Below, one piece after another: positions 28,170 to 40,351 of a stretch of DNA of 64,000 nucleotides (the stretch's first letter is position 1; every line of letters begins with the position of its first letter). The stretch is taken from NCBI GenBank assembly GCA_963844785.1, contig CAWJPV010000004.1, positions 191,534 through 255,533 on the forward strand. Direction: 5' to 3'. Both the position numbers and the translations under genes were made by a program. This stretch comes from an uncultured Acidobacteriaceae bacterium (lineage in GTDB: Bacteria; Acidobacteriota; Terriglobia; Terriglobales; Acidobacteriaceae). The notes under the pieces are model-generated. The model was not told where the DNA came from. It worked only from the letters and a program-made list of their open reading frames with translations, and did not search any database.

Positions 28170-29003
28170 GTGCCGGCCAGCGCCGGCGAGGCTTTGCAAG
28201 CGGCGCGCGCTCGCCTGGCCGCTACCTCACGCACTCCGCGCCGCGACGCCGAAGTGCTGCTTGCCCATGTCCTGCGATGCGACCAGGTCGCCCTGCTCAC
28301 TCATCCCGAGCGTCTCCTCTCCCCAGCTGAATCGGACCAGCTGGAAAGCTTCCTCAATCGACGCCTGGCCTGCGAGCCCATGCAGTACATCACTGGCTCG
28401 CAGGAGTTTTTCGGCTTGCTCTTTGAAGTGACCGCGGCTGTCCTCATCCCCCGCCCGGAGACCGAGCACCTGGTGGAAGCAGCGCTGGAGCACATTGGCG
28501 GCGAAACCGTACGCATTGTGGACGTCGGCACCGGCTCGGGAGCCATCGCAGTATCGCTGGCCCATGCCCGGCCGCAAGCGCGCGTGACTGCGGTAGATCT
28601 TTCTCCTGCGGCGCTCGAAGTCGCGCGCCGCAATGCCCAGCGGCATGGCGTGCTCGATCGTGTGACCTTGCTGCAATCCAATCTGCTGGCGGCCGTCGAT
28701 GGTGCTGACTTTGATGTGGTCGTATCAAATCCTCCGTACATCGCCGAAGGAGAGGTCCTGGAGCCCCAAGTATCTAATTACGAACCCCACCCCGCGCTTT
28801 ACGCCGGGCCTACGGGGCTGGAAGTCTATGAACGCCTGATCCCTGAGGCCCGCAAGGTCCTCAAGCCAGGGGGCTGGCTGCTGCTCGAGATCGGTTTCGG
28901 CCAACAACCGGCCGTCGAAGCCCTGCTCCGCGGCTGGCGATCCGTCAGTGTCGTTCACGATCTACAGGGAATCCCTCGCGTATTGCGAGCACAAACCCCA
29001 TAA
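28170..29003 (+). CDS. prmC: Release-factor glutamine N5-methyltransferase
   Basis: GTG start 2 nt after the prfA stop. SAM motif VDVGTGSGAI and NPPY. Confidence 0.9.
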   Translation: MPASAGEALQAARARLAATSRTPRRDAEVLLAHVLRCDQVALLTHPERLLSPAESDQLESFLNRRLACEPMQYITGSQEFFGLLFEVTAAVLIPRPETEHLVEAALEHIGGETVRIVDVGTGSGAIAVSLAHARPQARVTAVDLSPAALEVARRNAQRHGVLDRVTLLQSNLLAAVDGADFDVVVSNPPYIAEGEVLEPQVSNYEPHPALYAGPTGLEVYERLIPEARKVLKPGGWLLLEIGFGQQPAVEALLRGWRSVSVVHDLQGIPRVLRAQTP

Positions 29004-29022
29004 GTGAAACCCCTTCGTCTCC

Positions 29023-29071
29023 CTGGACGGGTGCCCCTCGCCAAAGCGTACCTGGGCCGAAAAAGATGGGG
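29023..29071 (+). repeat. REP-like repeat family B
   Basis: CTGGACGGGTGCCCCTCGCCAAAGCGTACCTGGGCCGAAAAAGATGGGG. Confidence 0.85.
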
Positions 29072-29112
29072 CGACCTGGACTTCCTGTACGCTGCACTGG
29101 ACACGACCGCGT

Positions 29113-29140
29113 ATGCGGCTTTCTTTTAGGAAAGCCGCAT
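29113..29140. repeat. REP-like repeat family E hairpin (ATGCGGCTTTC-N6-GAAAGCCGCAT)
   Basis: 11-bp perfect stem. The reverse complement plus flank aligns with 53898-53962. Confidence 0.8.
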
Positions 29141-29238
29141 GAAGTTTGCCAACGCCAACAAGCCCCACAGGAAATCCGGGGGAAGCCCCCACGATCGCTT
29201 TCCATCGTTGGTTGATAATAGTGATTACGAGGGATTTC

Positions 29239-30498
29239 ATGGGCACGATAACCGAGCTTCCAAAAACATCTTTGACCTTTGAACAGAAACTGGATCGTCT
29301 GGCCCAGGTAGCAATCAACGCGGGCTTAGGGCTCGCGCGTGGTCAGGAGCTGGTCATGACGGCGTCACTCGATGCCTTGCCGCTGGCCCGCCTGATCACC
29401 GAGCAGGCGTACAAGGCCGGAGCCTCGCTCGTGACCACTCTGTTCACCGATGAGCAGTCGACGCTGTTGCGTTATCGTTACGCCGGGGACGCGGGCTTCG
29501 ATACCGCCGCGGGATGGCTCTACGAGGGAATGGCATCGGCCTTTCGCAACGGCGCCGCGCGGCTGGCGATTGCCGGCGGAAACCCATCCCTGCTTTCCAA
29601 GGAAGATCCGGAGAAAGTTGGCCGGGCAAACCGCGCTGTGTCCAAGGCCTATCGTCCGGCCATCGAACTCATCACCCGCCATGACATCAATTGGACCATC
29701 GTTGCCTGCGCCACGCCGGCCTGGGCGGCTGCGGTATTTCCCGATCTCCCTCCCGATCAGGCGATGTCCAGGTTGTGGGACGCGATCTTCGCCGCATCCC
29801 GGGTGGATACAGACGATCCCATCGCCCGCTGGAAACAACATGACGCCGGGCTGCATCGCCGCGCGGATTTGCTCAACCAGAAGCGCTACGCTACGCTCCA
29901 TTTCCGCGGTCCCGGGACCGATCTGCGGGTGGGACTGGCGGACGATCACCTGTGGATGGGCGGAGGCACGCAGGCCGGCACCGGGGCCTATTGCATTCCC
30001 AATATGCCCACGGAGGAGGTCTTTACCACCCCGCACAAAGACCGCGTGGAGGGCACCGTGACCAGCACCAAGCCGCTCTCCCACCAGGGCACGCTGATTG
30101 AGAAGATTGCCGTGCGTTTTGAAGGTGGCCGGGTGGTTGATGCCAAGGCATCCGCGGGCCAGGAAGTGCTGCAGCGAATGATCGATACCGACGATGGAGC
30201 GCGCCGTCTGGGTGAGGTAGCGTTGGTGCCGCACTCCTCGCCCATTGCCAGCAGTGGGCTGCTATTTCTAAACACGCTCTTCGATGAGAATGCGGCCAGC
30301 CACATTGCCCTGGGACAGGCCTACAGCACCTGCGTAAAGAATGGAGACCAGCTCAAGCCGGAAGAGCTGGCGGCCAAGGGTGCGAACGAAAGCCTGATTC
30401 ACGTGGATTGGATGATTGGATCGAGCGAGATCGATCTGGACGGCATCACGGCCACCGGCAGCGTGGAGCCGCTGATGCGCAAAGGCGAGTGGGTCTAA
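29239..30498 (+). CDS. Aminopeptidase, M29 (AmpS/PepS-like) family
   Basis: In-frame ATG at 29239 (MGTITELPKTSLTFEQKLDRLAQVAI...). About 419 aa with thermophilic-metalloprotease-like layout. The upstream part of the ORF runs through repeats. Confidence 0.8.
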   Translation: MGTITELPKTSLTFEQKLDRLAQVAINAGLGLARGQELVMTASLDALPLARLITEQAYKAGASLVTTLFTDEQSTLLRYRYAGDAGFDTAAGWLYEGMASAFRNGAARLAIAGGNPSLLSKEDPEKVGRANRAVSKAYRPAIELITRHDINWTIVACATPAWAAAVFPDLPPDQAMSRLWDAIFAASRVDTDDPIARWKQHDAGLHRRADLLNQKRYATLHFRGPGTDLRVGLADDHLWMGGGTQAGTGAYCIPNMPTEEVFTTPHKDRVEGTVTSTKPLSHQGTLIEKIAVRFEGGRVVDAKASAGQEVLQRMIDTDDGARRLGEVALVPHSSPIASSGLLFLNTLFDENAASHIALGQAYSTCVKNGDQLKPEELAAKGANESLIHVDWMIGSSEIDLDGITATGSVEPLMRKGEWV

Positions 30499-30502
30499 AA
30501 GA

Positions 30503-30537
30503 AAACCCCACCCTTCGCGAAACGAAGAGTGGGGTTT
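30503..30537. terminator. Bidirectional rho-independent terminator between the aminopeptidase gene and clpB
   Basis: AAACCCCAC-C-CTTCG CGAAA CGAAG-A-GTGGGGTTT, with A-run upstream and T-run downstream, between convergent stops (30498 and 30552). Confidence 0.7.
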
Positions 30538-30551
30538 CGACTTCCTCGCGA

Positions 30552-33173
30552 TCAGGCCTCTACCGTCCGGCCCTCCACCTCGAAGAGCAGCCGGTTCTTC
30601 AATGGATCGGCATCCACCCGTAGGTGATCGCCGTGCAGCACCTCGCCATCCAGAATCTTGATCGCCAGTGGATCCTGGATCAGGCGCTGGATCGCTCTCT
30701 TCAACGGACGAGCCCCGTACTGGCGGTCATATCCAGTCAGCAGCAACTGATGACGCGCGCCGTCAGTCAACTCCAGCGTGATCTTGCGCGGTTCCAGCAG
30801 CTTGCGCAGATCAGCCAGCCGCAGATCGACAATGTGTGACAACTGCTCCTCTCCCAGCGGACGGAAGATCACTACATCGTCCACCCGGTTAAGAAACTCC
30901 GGCCGGAAGCTCTGCCTTAGCAGTTGCATCACCTGCTCGCGCGCCGCGTCAAACGCCGATTCGCTCTCCAGGTTCTCCGACTGCAACAGATGCGCTCCCA
31001 GGTTCGAAGTCATGATTAGCACCGTGTTCTTGAAGTCCACCGTGCGGCCTTTGGAATCCGTCAACCGTCCGTCGTCAAGCACCTGCAGAAGGACATTGAA
31101 TACATCCGGGTGCGCCTTCTCAATCTCGTCGAAAAGGATCACCGAGTAGGGCCGTCTGCGAACCGCCTCAGTCAGTTGCCCGCCCTCGTCGTAGCCTACA
31201 TATCCAGGAGGCGCCCCGATCAACCGTGCGACCGCATGCTTCTCCATGTACTCCGACATGTCGATGCGAACCATAGCCTGCTCGTCATCGAAGAGGAACT
31301 CCGCCAGGGCGCGCGCAGTCTCGGTCTTGCCCACTCCGGTTGGCCCCAGGAAGAGAAAGGAACCGATCGGCCTCTTAGGATCGCTCAGCCCGGCGCGTGA
31401 CCGGCGGATTGCGTTGGCCACAGTCTCCAGAGCCTCATCCTGACCCACCACCCGCTCGCGCAGCCGCCCTTCCATCTCCACCAGCTTGCGCACCTCTCCT
31501 TCCAGCATCTTGTCCACGGGAATGCCGGTCCATTTGCTCACGATCCTGGCAATGTCTTCCTCGTCGACCTCTTCCTTCAGCATGCGGCCTACCCCGGCGC
31601 CGTCCTGCTTGGCGTTCAACAGCTTCAACTCAGCTTCAAGTTGGGGAAGTTCGCCATACTGAATAGCCGCCGAGCGCTCCAGATTGCCACGCCGCGTCTG
31701 CTCTTCCATCTCGAAGCGCAGCGCCTCAATCTTCTTCTTGACCTCGGTCAGCCGCGTAATCGCTTCTCGCTCTGTCTGCCAACGCGCGCGTAACCCCGTG
31801 GCCTTTTCCTTAAGCGCGGCCAGTTCGCGCACCACGACCTCCAGCCGCTCTTTCGAATTCCTATCGTTCTCTCGCTTGAGCGCCGTGCGTTCAATCTCCA
31901 GCGAGATCATCTGCCGTTCCAACTGGTCGATCTCCGTCGGCACCGAACCGATCTGGATGGCCAGCGATGCCGCTGCCTCGTCCACCAGGTCGATCGCCTT
32001 ATCCGGGAGGAACCGATCAGAGATGTAGCGGTGCGAAAGCGTGGCCGCGGCCACGATGGCCGAGTCCTTGATGCGGACGTTATGGTGGGCCTCGTAGCGC
32101 TCTTTGAGACCGCGCAGAATCGCAATCGTGTCCTCCACATTGGGTTCGCCCACGAAGACGATCTGGAAACGACGCTCCAGCGCCGCATCCTTTTCGATGT
32201 ACTTGCGATATTCGTTCAGCGTGGTCGCGCCGATAGCCCGCAACTCGCCCCGCGCCAGCGGCGGCTTCAGCATATTCGAAGCGTCGATGGCGCCCTCTGC
32301 CGCGCCTGCCCCAACCAGGGTGTGCAGTTCATCGATGAAGAGAATGACCTGACCGTTGGACTCCTGAATATCCTTGAGCACCGCCTTGAGACGATCTTCA
32401 AACTCCCCGCGATACTTCGCTCCCGCCAGCATGGAGCCAAGATCGAGCGAGATCACGCGCTTGTCGCGCAGCAATTCCGGCACATCGCCGGAGACGATGC
32501 GCCGCGCCAAGCCCTCGACGATGGCGGTCTTACCCACCCCAGGCTCGCCAATCAGCACCGGGTTGTTCTTGGTACGACGCGAGAGCACCTGGATTACGCG
32601 GCGAATCTCTTCATCGCGGCCGATGACCGGATCCAATTTTCCTCGCCGCGCCAGTTCCGTCAGGTCCTTCGCATAACGGTCCAGCGCCTGGTATTTGCCC
32701 TCAGGGCTCTGGTCGGTGACCCTTTGGTTGCCGCGCACCGAGGTCAATCCCTGCAGGATCGCGTCCCGCGTGGCGCCCATGGATGCCAGGAGCAACTGCG
32801 CCGGATCCTTCTTGAGCTGGGCCAGGGCCAACAGCAGATGCTCGGTCGAAACGTACTCGTCTTTAAAATCCTGTGCTTCTTTCGAAGCGTCATTCAGCAC
32901 CCGCTGCATGGCATTGGAAAGTCCCGGCTCCGAGGTCGCGCCGGAAACTTTTGGCATGCCTGCGATGGCGTGCCGGGCACTGGCGAACATCTGTTCGGTG
33001 GGAATCCCTACTTTCTGAAGCAGGGGAACGATGATGCCTTCCTTGTCTTCCAGCAAAGCCATCAGCAGATGCATCGGCACCACTTCAGGCTGGCCATTCT
33101 CATTGGCCAGCGAGCCGGCCTGCTGAATCGCCTCTTGTGATTTCAGTGTGAACTTGTCCCAACGTATTGCCAT
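30552..33173 (-). CDS. clpB: Chaperone disaggregase ClpB
   Basis: In-frame ATG at 33173 ([19 protein letters not shown]). Two AAA+ modules (GEPGVGKT and GPTGVGKT) and a long coiled-coil middle domain. Confidence 0.95.
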   Translation of the reverse strand: MAIRWDKFTLKSQEAIQQAGSLANENGQPEVVPMHLLMALLEDKEGIIVPLLQKVGIPTEQMFASARHAIAGMPKVSGATSEPGLSNAMQRVLNDASKEAQDFKDEYVSTEHLLLALAQLKKDPAQLLLASMGATRDAILQGLTSVRGNQRVTDQSPEGKYQALDRYAKDLTELARRGKLDPVIGRDEEIRRVIQVLSRRTKNNPVLIGEPGVGKTAIVEGLARRIVSGDVPELLRDKRVISLDLGSMLAGAKYRGEFEDRLKAVLKDIQESNGQVILFIDELHTLVGAGAAEGAIDASNMLKPPLARGELRAIGATTLNEYRKYIEKDAALERRFQIVFVGEPNVEDTIAILRGLKERYEAHHNVRIKDSAIVAAATLSHRYISDRFLPDKAIDLVDEAAASLAIQIGSVPTEIDQLERQMISLEIERTALKRENDRNSKERLEVVVRELAALKEKATGLRARWQTEREAITRLTEVKKKIEALRFEMEEQTRRGNLERSAAIQYGELPQLEAELKLLNAKQDGAGVGRMLKEEVDEEDIARIVSKWTGIPVDKMLEGEVRKLVEMEGRLRERVVGQDEALETVANAIRRSRAGLSDPKRPIGSFLFLGPTGVGKTETARALAEFLFDDEQAMVRIDMSEYMEKHAVARLIGAPPGYVGYDEGGQLTEAVRRRPYSVILFDEIEKAHPDVFNVLLQVLDDGRLTDSKGRTVDFKNTVLIMTSNLGAHLLQSENLESESAFDAAREQVMQLLRQSFRPEFLNRVDDVVIFRPLGEEQLSHIVDLRLADLRKLLEPRKITLELTDGARHQLLLTGYDRQYGARPLKRAIQRLIQDPLAIKILDGEVLHGDHLRVDADPLKNRLLFEVEGRTVEA

Positions 33174-33398
33174 ATTCCTGTTTTCCTGACTGACTAGACC
33201 ATCCTGAACTTGCGCGTGTTGCGAAGGCAAGGGCGAGCCTCGCCCGGGTGTGGATAAGCCTGGTCTTCATTTCTGTTTTGATTCTGGTATCGCTCGAAGA
33301 AGTGCGCGCAAGCGTGAGTTATCAGCCTGCTATATCTTAGATGTCAATCATAGCACGAAGGAATCATAAAATATGAGTGTATTGACATCACATTCTAG

Positions 33399-34187
33399 CT
33401 AATCACGGTCCGGAAGCTCCGGCGTGGCCTGCAGAAGCGTCTTCGTGTACGCCTCCCCCGGGGAACCGCAGATCTGCTCACAGCTTCCCATTTCGACCAC
33501 CCTTCCCGCCCGCATCACGACGATATTGGTCGACAGATAGCGCACCAGGGGCATGGAGTGGGAAATGAAGAGGTAAGTCAAATGGAATGTTCGCTGTAGG
33601 TCGCGCAGCAGGTTCATGATCTGGGCCCCGACGCTCACGTCCAGCGCGGACACCGGCTCATCGAGCAGCAGCAGCTCCGGACGCAGCGCCAGTGCCCGGG
33701 CGATGTTGATCCGCTGCCGCTGGCCGCCGGAGAACTCATGGGGATAGCGCCGCAGGGCGGATTCGTCCAGGCCCACCTCGGCCAGCAGGGCCTTCGGATT
33801 CTCCGCTGGCTGGGTACCGTGGCGATGGATGCGGAAAGGCTCGGCGATAATCTCGGCCACGGTCATGCGCGGGTTGAGGGCGGCGAAGGGGTCCTGAAAG
33901 ACCGGTTGCATCCTGCGCCGGAGTGTGCGGAGCGCGGCGCCCGATCCATCACCGACTACTTCCTGGCCGTCGAAATAAACCGTTCCGGAAGAAGGCGGTA
34001 TCAGCCCCAGGACCATCCGCGCCACGGTGCTCTTGCCGGAGCCCGATTCCCCTACGAGCCCCAGGGTCTCTCCACGGGCGATGGAGAAGGAGACTCGGTC
34101 AACGACGCACTTTTCCTCGCGCGCCCCCCGCCATCCAGAGCGCCTGGCATAGTTTTTGGTGAGTTGCTGTACTTCGAGCAGAGCCAT
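33399..34187 (-). CDS. ABC transporter ATP-binding protein (oligopeptide/dipeptide DppF/OppF-like), no adjacent permease
   Basis: Walker A GESGSGKST, signature FSGGQRQR, Walker B LLLLDEP. ATG at 34187. Confidence 0.85.
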   Translation of the reverse strand: MALLEVQQLTKNYARRSGWRGAREEKCVVDRVSFSIARGETLGLVGESGSGKSTVARMVLGLIPPSSGTVYFDGQEVVGDGSGAALRTLRRRMQPVFQDPFAALNPRMTVAEIIAEPFRIHRHGTQPAENPKALLAEVGLDESALRRYPHEFSGGQRQRINIARALALRPELLLLDEPVSALDVSVGAQIMNLLRDLQRTFHLTYLFISHSMPLVRYLSTNIVVMRAGRVVEMGSCEQICGSPGEAYTKTLLQATPELPDRD

Positions 34188-34329
34188 GCCCGGATGGTAG
34201 ATCAATTAAGAGGCAGAATCACGGGCCGGACAGAACGAGCTAAAAGAGAAATGAACGACTTTAGCGCTATTCGGGAGGTTGGTTGTCATTTCGTCCGCCG
34301 CTTTCCCGGCTTCCCACCCAGCCTTCCCC

Positions 34330-34384
34330 CTGGACGGGTGCTCCATGTTCGCGGACTTTCGCGTACATGGGTTGAAAAGATGGG
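34330..34384 (+). repeat. REP-like repeat family B, variant with compensated stem
   Basis: CTGGACGGGTGCTCCATGTTCGCGGACTTTCGCGTACATGGGTTGAAAAGATGGG. Confidence 0.85.
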
Positions 34385-34456
34385 CGCAGCCCTTTCCTTT
34401 TTCTTTTCCTGTAAGTAGGTGGAGACCGGTAGTGAATGCATTGGAAAAAGGTCGTG

Positions 34457-34500
34457 TTCAACCCATGTACGCAAGAACGCGAACATTGGCACCCGTCCAG
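34457..34500 (-). repeat. REP-like repeat family B, variant (inverted copy)
   Basis: The reverse complement reads CTGGACGGGTGCCAATGTTCGCGTTCTTGCGTACATGGGTTGAA. Confidence 0.85.
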
Positions 34501-34558
34501 GGCGCTAGGCTGGGTGAGGAAGCGAGAGATTTGTCGCACAAACCAACGCCGCGGTTCG

Positions 34559-37246
<2,688 letters not shown>

Positions 37247-37558
37247 TTACCACGTTTGAGGCCCCTTTTCGAGGGTCTAGAGGGCCTCCCGCCGAGCGCA
37301 ACGGAAGTTCCTGATTGCGCTTAGCTTCAATCGCTCGCGGTACCTAAGTGATCAACTTACATCTTTTAAGGTGTTCTGAAGTAACCCAAATTTAGGGTAC
37401 TCTCAGGTAGTGGAAGGTGGGTACTACGGTACTGTAAAGGGTAGATATCCTCTAATATCACCGAAAAGACGTAGCTCGAATGGACGCGAACTATACACTG
37501 GTCGAAACTAAGCTTCCACACCGAAACGATATATCAACCCCCCAAAGGTAACTAGATC

Positions 37559-37729
37559 ATGAAACTTCTTGTCCATGCTTCGATCTTCTCCGTACTGTTC
37601 GCCGGTTTTGTCGCCAGTGCCGTTACTGTCAAGCCCACCACTTCTGTCTCCGCGAACCACAGCCTGGTGATTTCCCGCGCGATGCCGGTGCCCAGCTGCC
37701 CTCCCAGTACAGGTTGCACCCTTCGCTAA
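37559..37729 (+). CDS. Candidate small secreted peptide (56 aa; two Cys near the C-terminus)
   Basis: Below the track's apparent ~60-aa cutoff. Translated by hand: MKLLVHASIFSVLFAGFVASAVTVKPTTSVSANHSLVISRAMPVPSCPPSTGCTLR. Signal-peptide-like N-terminus with ASA site, AAAGG upstream, hairpin plus T-run 50 nt downstream. Confidence 0.4.
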   Translation: MKLLVHASIFSVLFAGFVASAVTVKPTTSVSANHSLVISRAMPVPSCPPSTGCTLR

Positions 37730-37779
37730 CCATGGCACGGTACTAAACGTATCCACTTCAGTACTCAAACGGTGCAGGC

Positions 37780-37801
37780 CTAGCACAAAAGTGCTAGTTT
37801 T
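37780..37801 (+). terminator. Candidate rho-independent terminator after the small ORF
   Basis: CTAGCAC-AAAA-GTGCTAG followed by TTTTCAGCGTTTTC. Confidence 0.45.
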
Positions 37802-37865
37802 CAGCGTTTTCTTGGGTTGAGCAGCACCCCGATTCGAGCTATTCTCAAGACTCGGAAGGGGTGTT

Positions 37866-38756
37866 GTGATGACGAGTGTAGCTCTCACCATGTTTTACGC
37901 GGCAGAGCCTATCCTCTTGGCAGTGGCCTTAATTGCGCTGCTCAGGTCTCGGGAACAAAAGCGCTTTCCGGCGCTCTTCGCCTACGTTGCGCTTCGGCTC
38001 GGCTCGTCTGTGGTGCTCCACTTCTTATTACAAATCCATCGCTTTGTTACCATCGACAACGCAACCGCGTACGCGTTGTACTTCTATACCTACTGGGCAA
38101 GTTACGTCGCCGGTGCTCTGGTCGTCTTCCTGGTCATCCAGGAGCTGTTCCAGTTCTCCATGGATCCTTTTCCCGGCTTGAAGTGGCTGGGCACCATATC
38201 CTTCCGCTGGGTGGCTTGCATTTCCTTCGTAGCCGCCATGGCAGCCATGCTTACACCGGGTGGTAAAGGGGACAGGTTCCTGCTGGGCCTGGTCGCCCAG
38301 GCGATGCGCTGCGAAAGCATCTTCATTCTCAGTCTTCTGCTCTTCCTGTTGATTGCTGCGGGAAAACTTGGCTTGTCCTACCGTAGCCGGGTCTTTGGCA
38401 TCAGCTTTGGCTTCGGCATCATGGCGGCAAGTGACCTGATTTTCTCCGCGGCTTTCCTGCACTTCGGACACAACATGATGAGCTCCACCCTGAGCGTAGT
38501 GACCACCTGCACCAGCCTTCTGACACTGGTTGTGTGGTCTGCCTACTTCCTGCAAAGGGAACCGGCTCGACAGGCCGCCGTCCTCGATCCCTCTTCGCAT
38601 CTGGGGCGTTGGAACGAAATCGCTACCACCCTCGGTCAGAGCGGAGTCCGCGGCCCGGTGGCTGTTCCCGCTCCGGCCAACACCTTCTTCCTCCAGGATG
38701 TCGAAAAGGTGGTTGACCGCATCCTGATCAAGAACTCGCTTCATGTAGCCAGCTAA
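37866..38756 (+). CDS. Polytopic membrane protein (about 7 TM), function unknown
   Basis: 296-aa ORF (GTG 37866 or ATG 37869), hydrophobic throughout, followed by a strong terminator. Confidence 0.65.
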   Translation: MMTSVALTMFYAAEPILLAVALIALLRSREQKRFPALFAYVALRLGSSVVLHFLLQIHRFVTIDNATAYALYFYTYWASYVAGALVVFLVIQELFQFSMDPFPGLKWLGTISFRWVACISFVAAMAAMLTPGGKGDRFLLGLVAQAMRCESIFILSLLLFLLIAAGKLGLSYRSRVFGISFGFGIMAASDLIFSAAFLHFGHNMMSSTLSVVTTCTSLLTLVVWSAYFLQREPARQAAVLDPSSHLGRWNEIATTLGQSGVRGPVAVPAPANTFFLQDVEKVVDRILIKNSLHVAS

Positions 38757-38778
38757 GAACGTAGTTAACGTCGAAAAA

Positions 38779-38810
38779 GCCATAACGGTCTTCCGTTATG
38801 GCTTTTTTAT
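38779..38810 (+). terminator. Rho-independent terminator
   Basis: GCCATAACGG-TCTT-CCGTTATGGC followed by TTTTTTAT. Flanking A/T extend the stem. Confidence 0.85.
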
Positions 38811-38861
38811 TTGCCATGGCCACTTTCGCAACCCTTGGTATGCTGCTCACCGAGGTTAACC

Positions 38862-39995
38862 ATGAAGGTCAAAGCGGCAGTCCTGCGTGAGATGGGGCGT
38901 CCGGCGCCCTATGCCGAGTCCCAGCCACTGGTCATTGAAACGGTCGAGCTTGCGCCTCCCGGCCCGGGAGAGCTTTGCGTGCGTGTGCTGGCCGCGGGTT
39001 TGTGCCACTCGGATCTGTCCGTCATCAACGGATCGCGCGTCCGGCCGACGCCCATGGTGCTGGGCCACGAAGCCAGTGGCGAAATCGTCGAGCTGGGGGC
39101 AGATGTGCAGGGTTTCCGCGTAGGGGATCGTGTGGTCTTCTATTTCATTCCCAGCTGCGGACGTTGCGTCCCTTGCGCCAGCGGCCGTCCAGCACTTTGC
39201 GAACCGGGGGTTGCGGCTAATGTCGCCGGCACCTTGCTGGGCGGCGAAAAACGCTGGCGCGATGCCGACGGCGTCCCGTTGCATCATTTCCTCGGGGTCT
39301 CAGGGTTTGCCCAATACACCGTGGTATCGGCGCGGTCGGTGGTGCGCATCGATCACGATCTCGCTCCGGAGATCGCGGCGTTATTCGGCTGCGCGGTCAT
39401 GACTGGCGTAGGCGCAGTGGTGAATGCCGCGAGGGTCGCCGCCGGGGAGAGCGTCGCCGTATTTGGGCTTGGAGGCGTGGGCTTGGCGGTTGTTCTCGGG
39501 GCTCACGCCTCCGGCGCCAACCCGCTCATTGCAGTCGACTTGGCGACGCACAAGTTTGAGCTCGCCCGGTCTTTGGGGGCCACCCATTGCATCGACGCCG
39601 CCGATCCGCAGGCGATCCAGGGCCTGCGCGACCTCTCGCAGGGTGGGGTGCAATTCGCGATTGAATCGGTAGGCGACGAACGGGTTCTTGCCCAGGCTTA
39701 TGCGGCCACACGCCGCGGGGGAACCACCGTCACCGTAGGACTGCCGGCGCCGGATCGCATGTTGTCGATTCCAGCATTCAATCTGGTGACCGAGGAGCGC
39801 ACGCTGAAGGGATCGTTCATGGGCTCGTCCGTGCCCTCAAGAGATGTGCCGCGTTTCATTGCCCTGTATCGCGCGGGACTCTTGCCGGTGGACCGTTTGC
39901 TCACCCACCGTCTGCAGCTGGACGAGATCAACGCCGGCTTTGATCGCCTGGCGCGGGCGGAAGCGATCCGTCAGGTGGTTCGCTTATCTCAGTGA
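38862..39995 (+). CDS. Zinc-dependent alcohol dehydrogenase family protein
   Basis: In-frame ATG at 38862 (MKVKAAVL...). GLCHSDLS, GHEASGEIVELG, C-x2-C-x2-C-x7-C structural zinc site, GLGGVGLA NAD motif. Confidence 0.9.
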   Translation: MKVKAAVLREMGRPAPYAESQPLVIETVELAPPGPGELCVRVLAAGLCHSDLSVINGSRVRPTPMVLGHEASGEIVELGADVQGFRVGDRVVFYFIPSCGRCVPCASGRPALCEPGVAANVAGTLLGGEKRWRDADGVPLHHFLGVSGFAQYTVVSARSVVRIDHDLAPEIAALFGCAVMTGVGAVVNAARVAAGESVAVFGLGGVGLAVVLGAHASGANPLIAVDLATHKFELARSLGATHCIDAADPQAIQGLRDLSQGGVQFAIESVGDERVLAQAYAATRRGGTTVTVGLPAPDRMLSIPAFNLVTEERTLKGSFMGSSVPSRDVPRFIALYRAGLLPVDRLLTHRLQLDEINAGFDRLARAEAIRQVVRLSQ

Positions 39996-40000
39996 GGGGA

Positions 40001-40020
40001 GGGCATTGGTGCCAATGCCC
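40001..40020. terminator. Hairpin between convergent genes (alcohol dehydrogenase gene and rpmA)
   Basis: GGGCATTG-GTGC-CAATGCCC, abutting the rpmA stop codon. Confidence 0.5.
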
Positions 40021-40296
40021 TTACTTGGCGGCGGCTGCAGTCTCAATCGGTTCCACAGAGACGAATCGGCCTATCCTGCCGCGGTCGGTGAAGTTCACCT
40101 TGCCGGCAATCTCGGCATAGAGCGTGTCGTCTTTTCCCCGGCCGACATTCAGTCCGGGCTTCAACCGGGTGCCGCGCTGGCGCACGATGATGGAACCACC
40201 GGTGACCACCTGGCCGGCAAAGATCTTTACGCCCAGTCGCTGAGCGTTAGAGTCGCGACCGTTCTTGGAACTGCCTAAGCCCTTCTTATGTGCCAT
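40021..40296 (-). CDS. rpmA: 50S ribosomal protein L27
   Basis: [24 protein letters not shown]... is canonical L27. Confidence 0.95.
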   Translation of the reverse strand: MAHKKGLGSSKNGRDSNAQRLGVKIFAGQVVTGGSIIVRQRGTRLKPGLNVGRGKDDTLYAEIAGKVNFTDRGRIGRFVSVEPIETAAAAK

Positions 40297-40351
40297 TGCC
40301 TAATCCTCAATCAGAAATTCGTCTCGTGCCGTGCTATTACGCCGCGGCTGC

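Noticed and set aside
33249-33257. Perfect DnaA-box 9-mer TGTGGATAA upstream of clpB, hinting at a replication origin.
   Set aside because: It is a single isolated box, about what chance predicts for a 9-mer on two strands of 64 kb. There is no cluster, no AT-rich unwinding element next to it and no dnaA/dnaN nearby.
33351-33383. CIRCE-like element (TAGCAC ... GAGTG) upstream of clpB.
   Set aside because: Only the inner 5-6 nt of each half match TTAGCACTC/GAGTGCTAA, and the spacing is about 18 nt instead of about 11 nt between these cores.
37508-37891. 127-aa minus-strand ORF in the gyrB upstream region.
   Set aside because: It has no SD or motif, and it overlaps the more convincing plus-strand signal-peptide ORF and its terminator.
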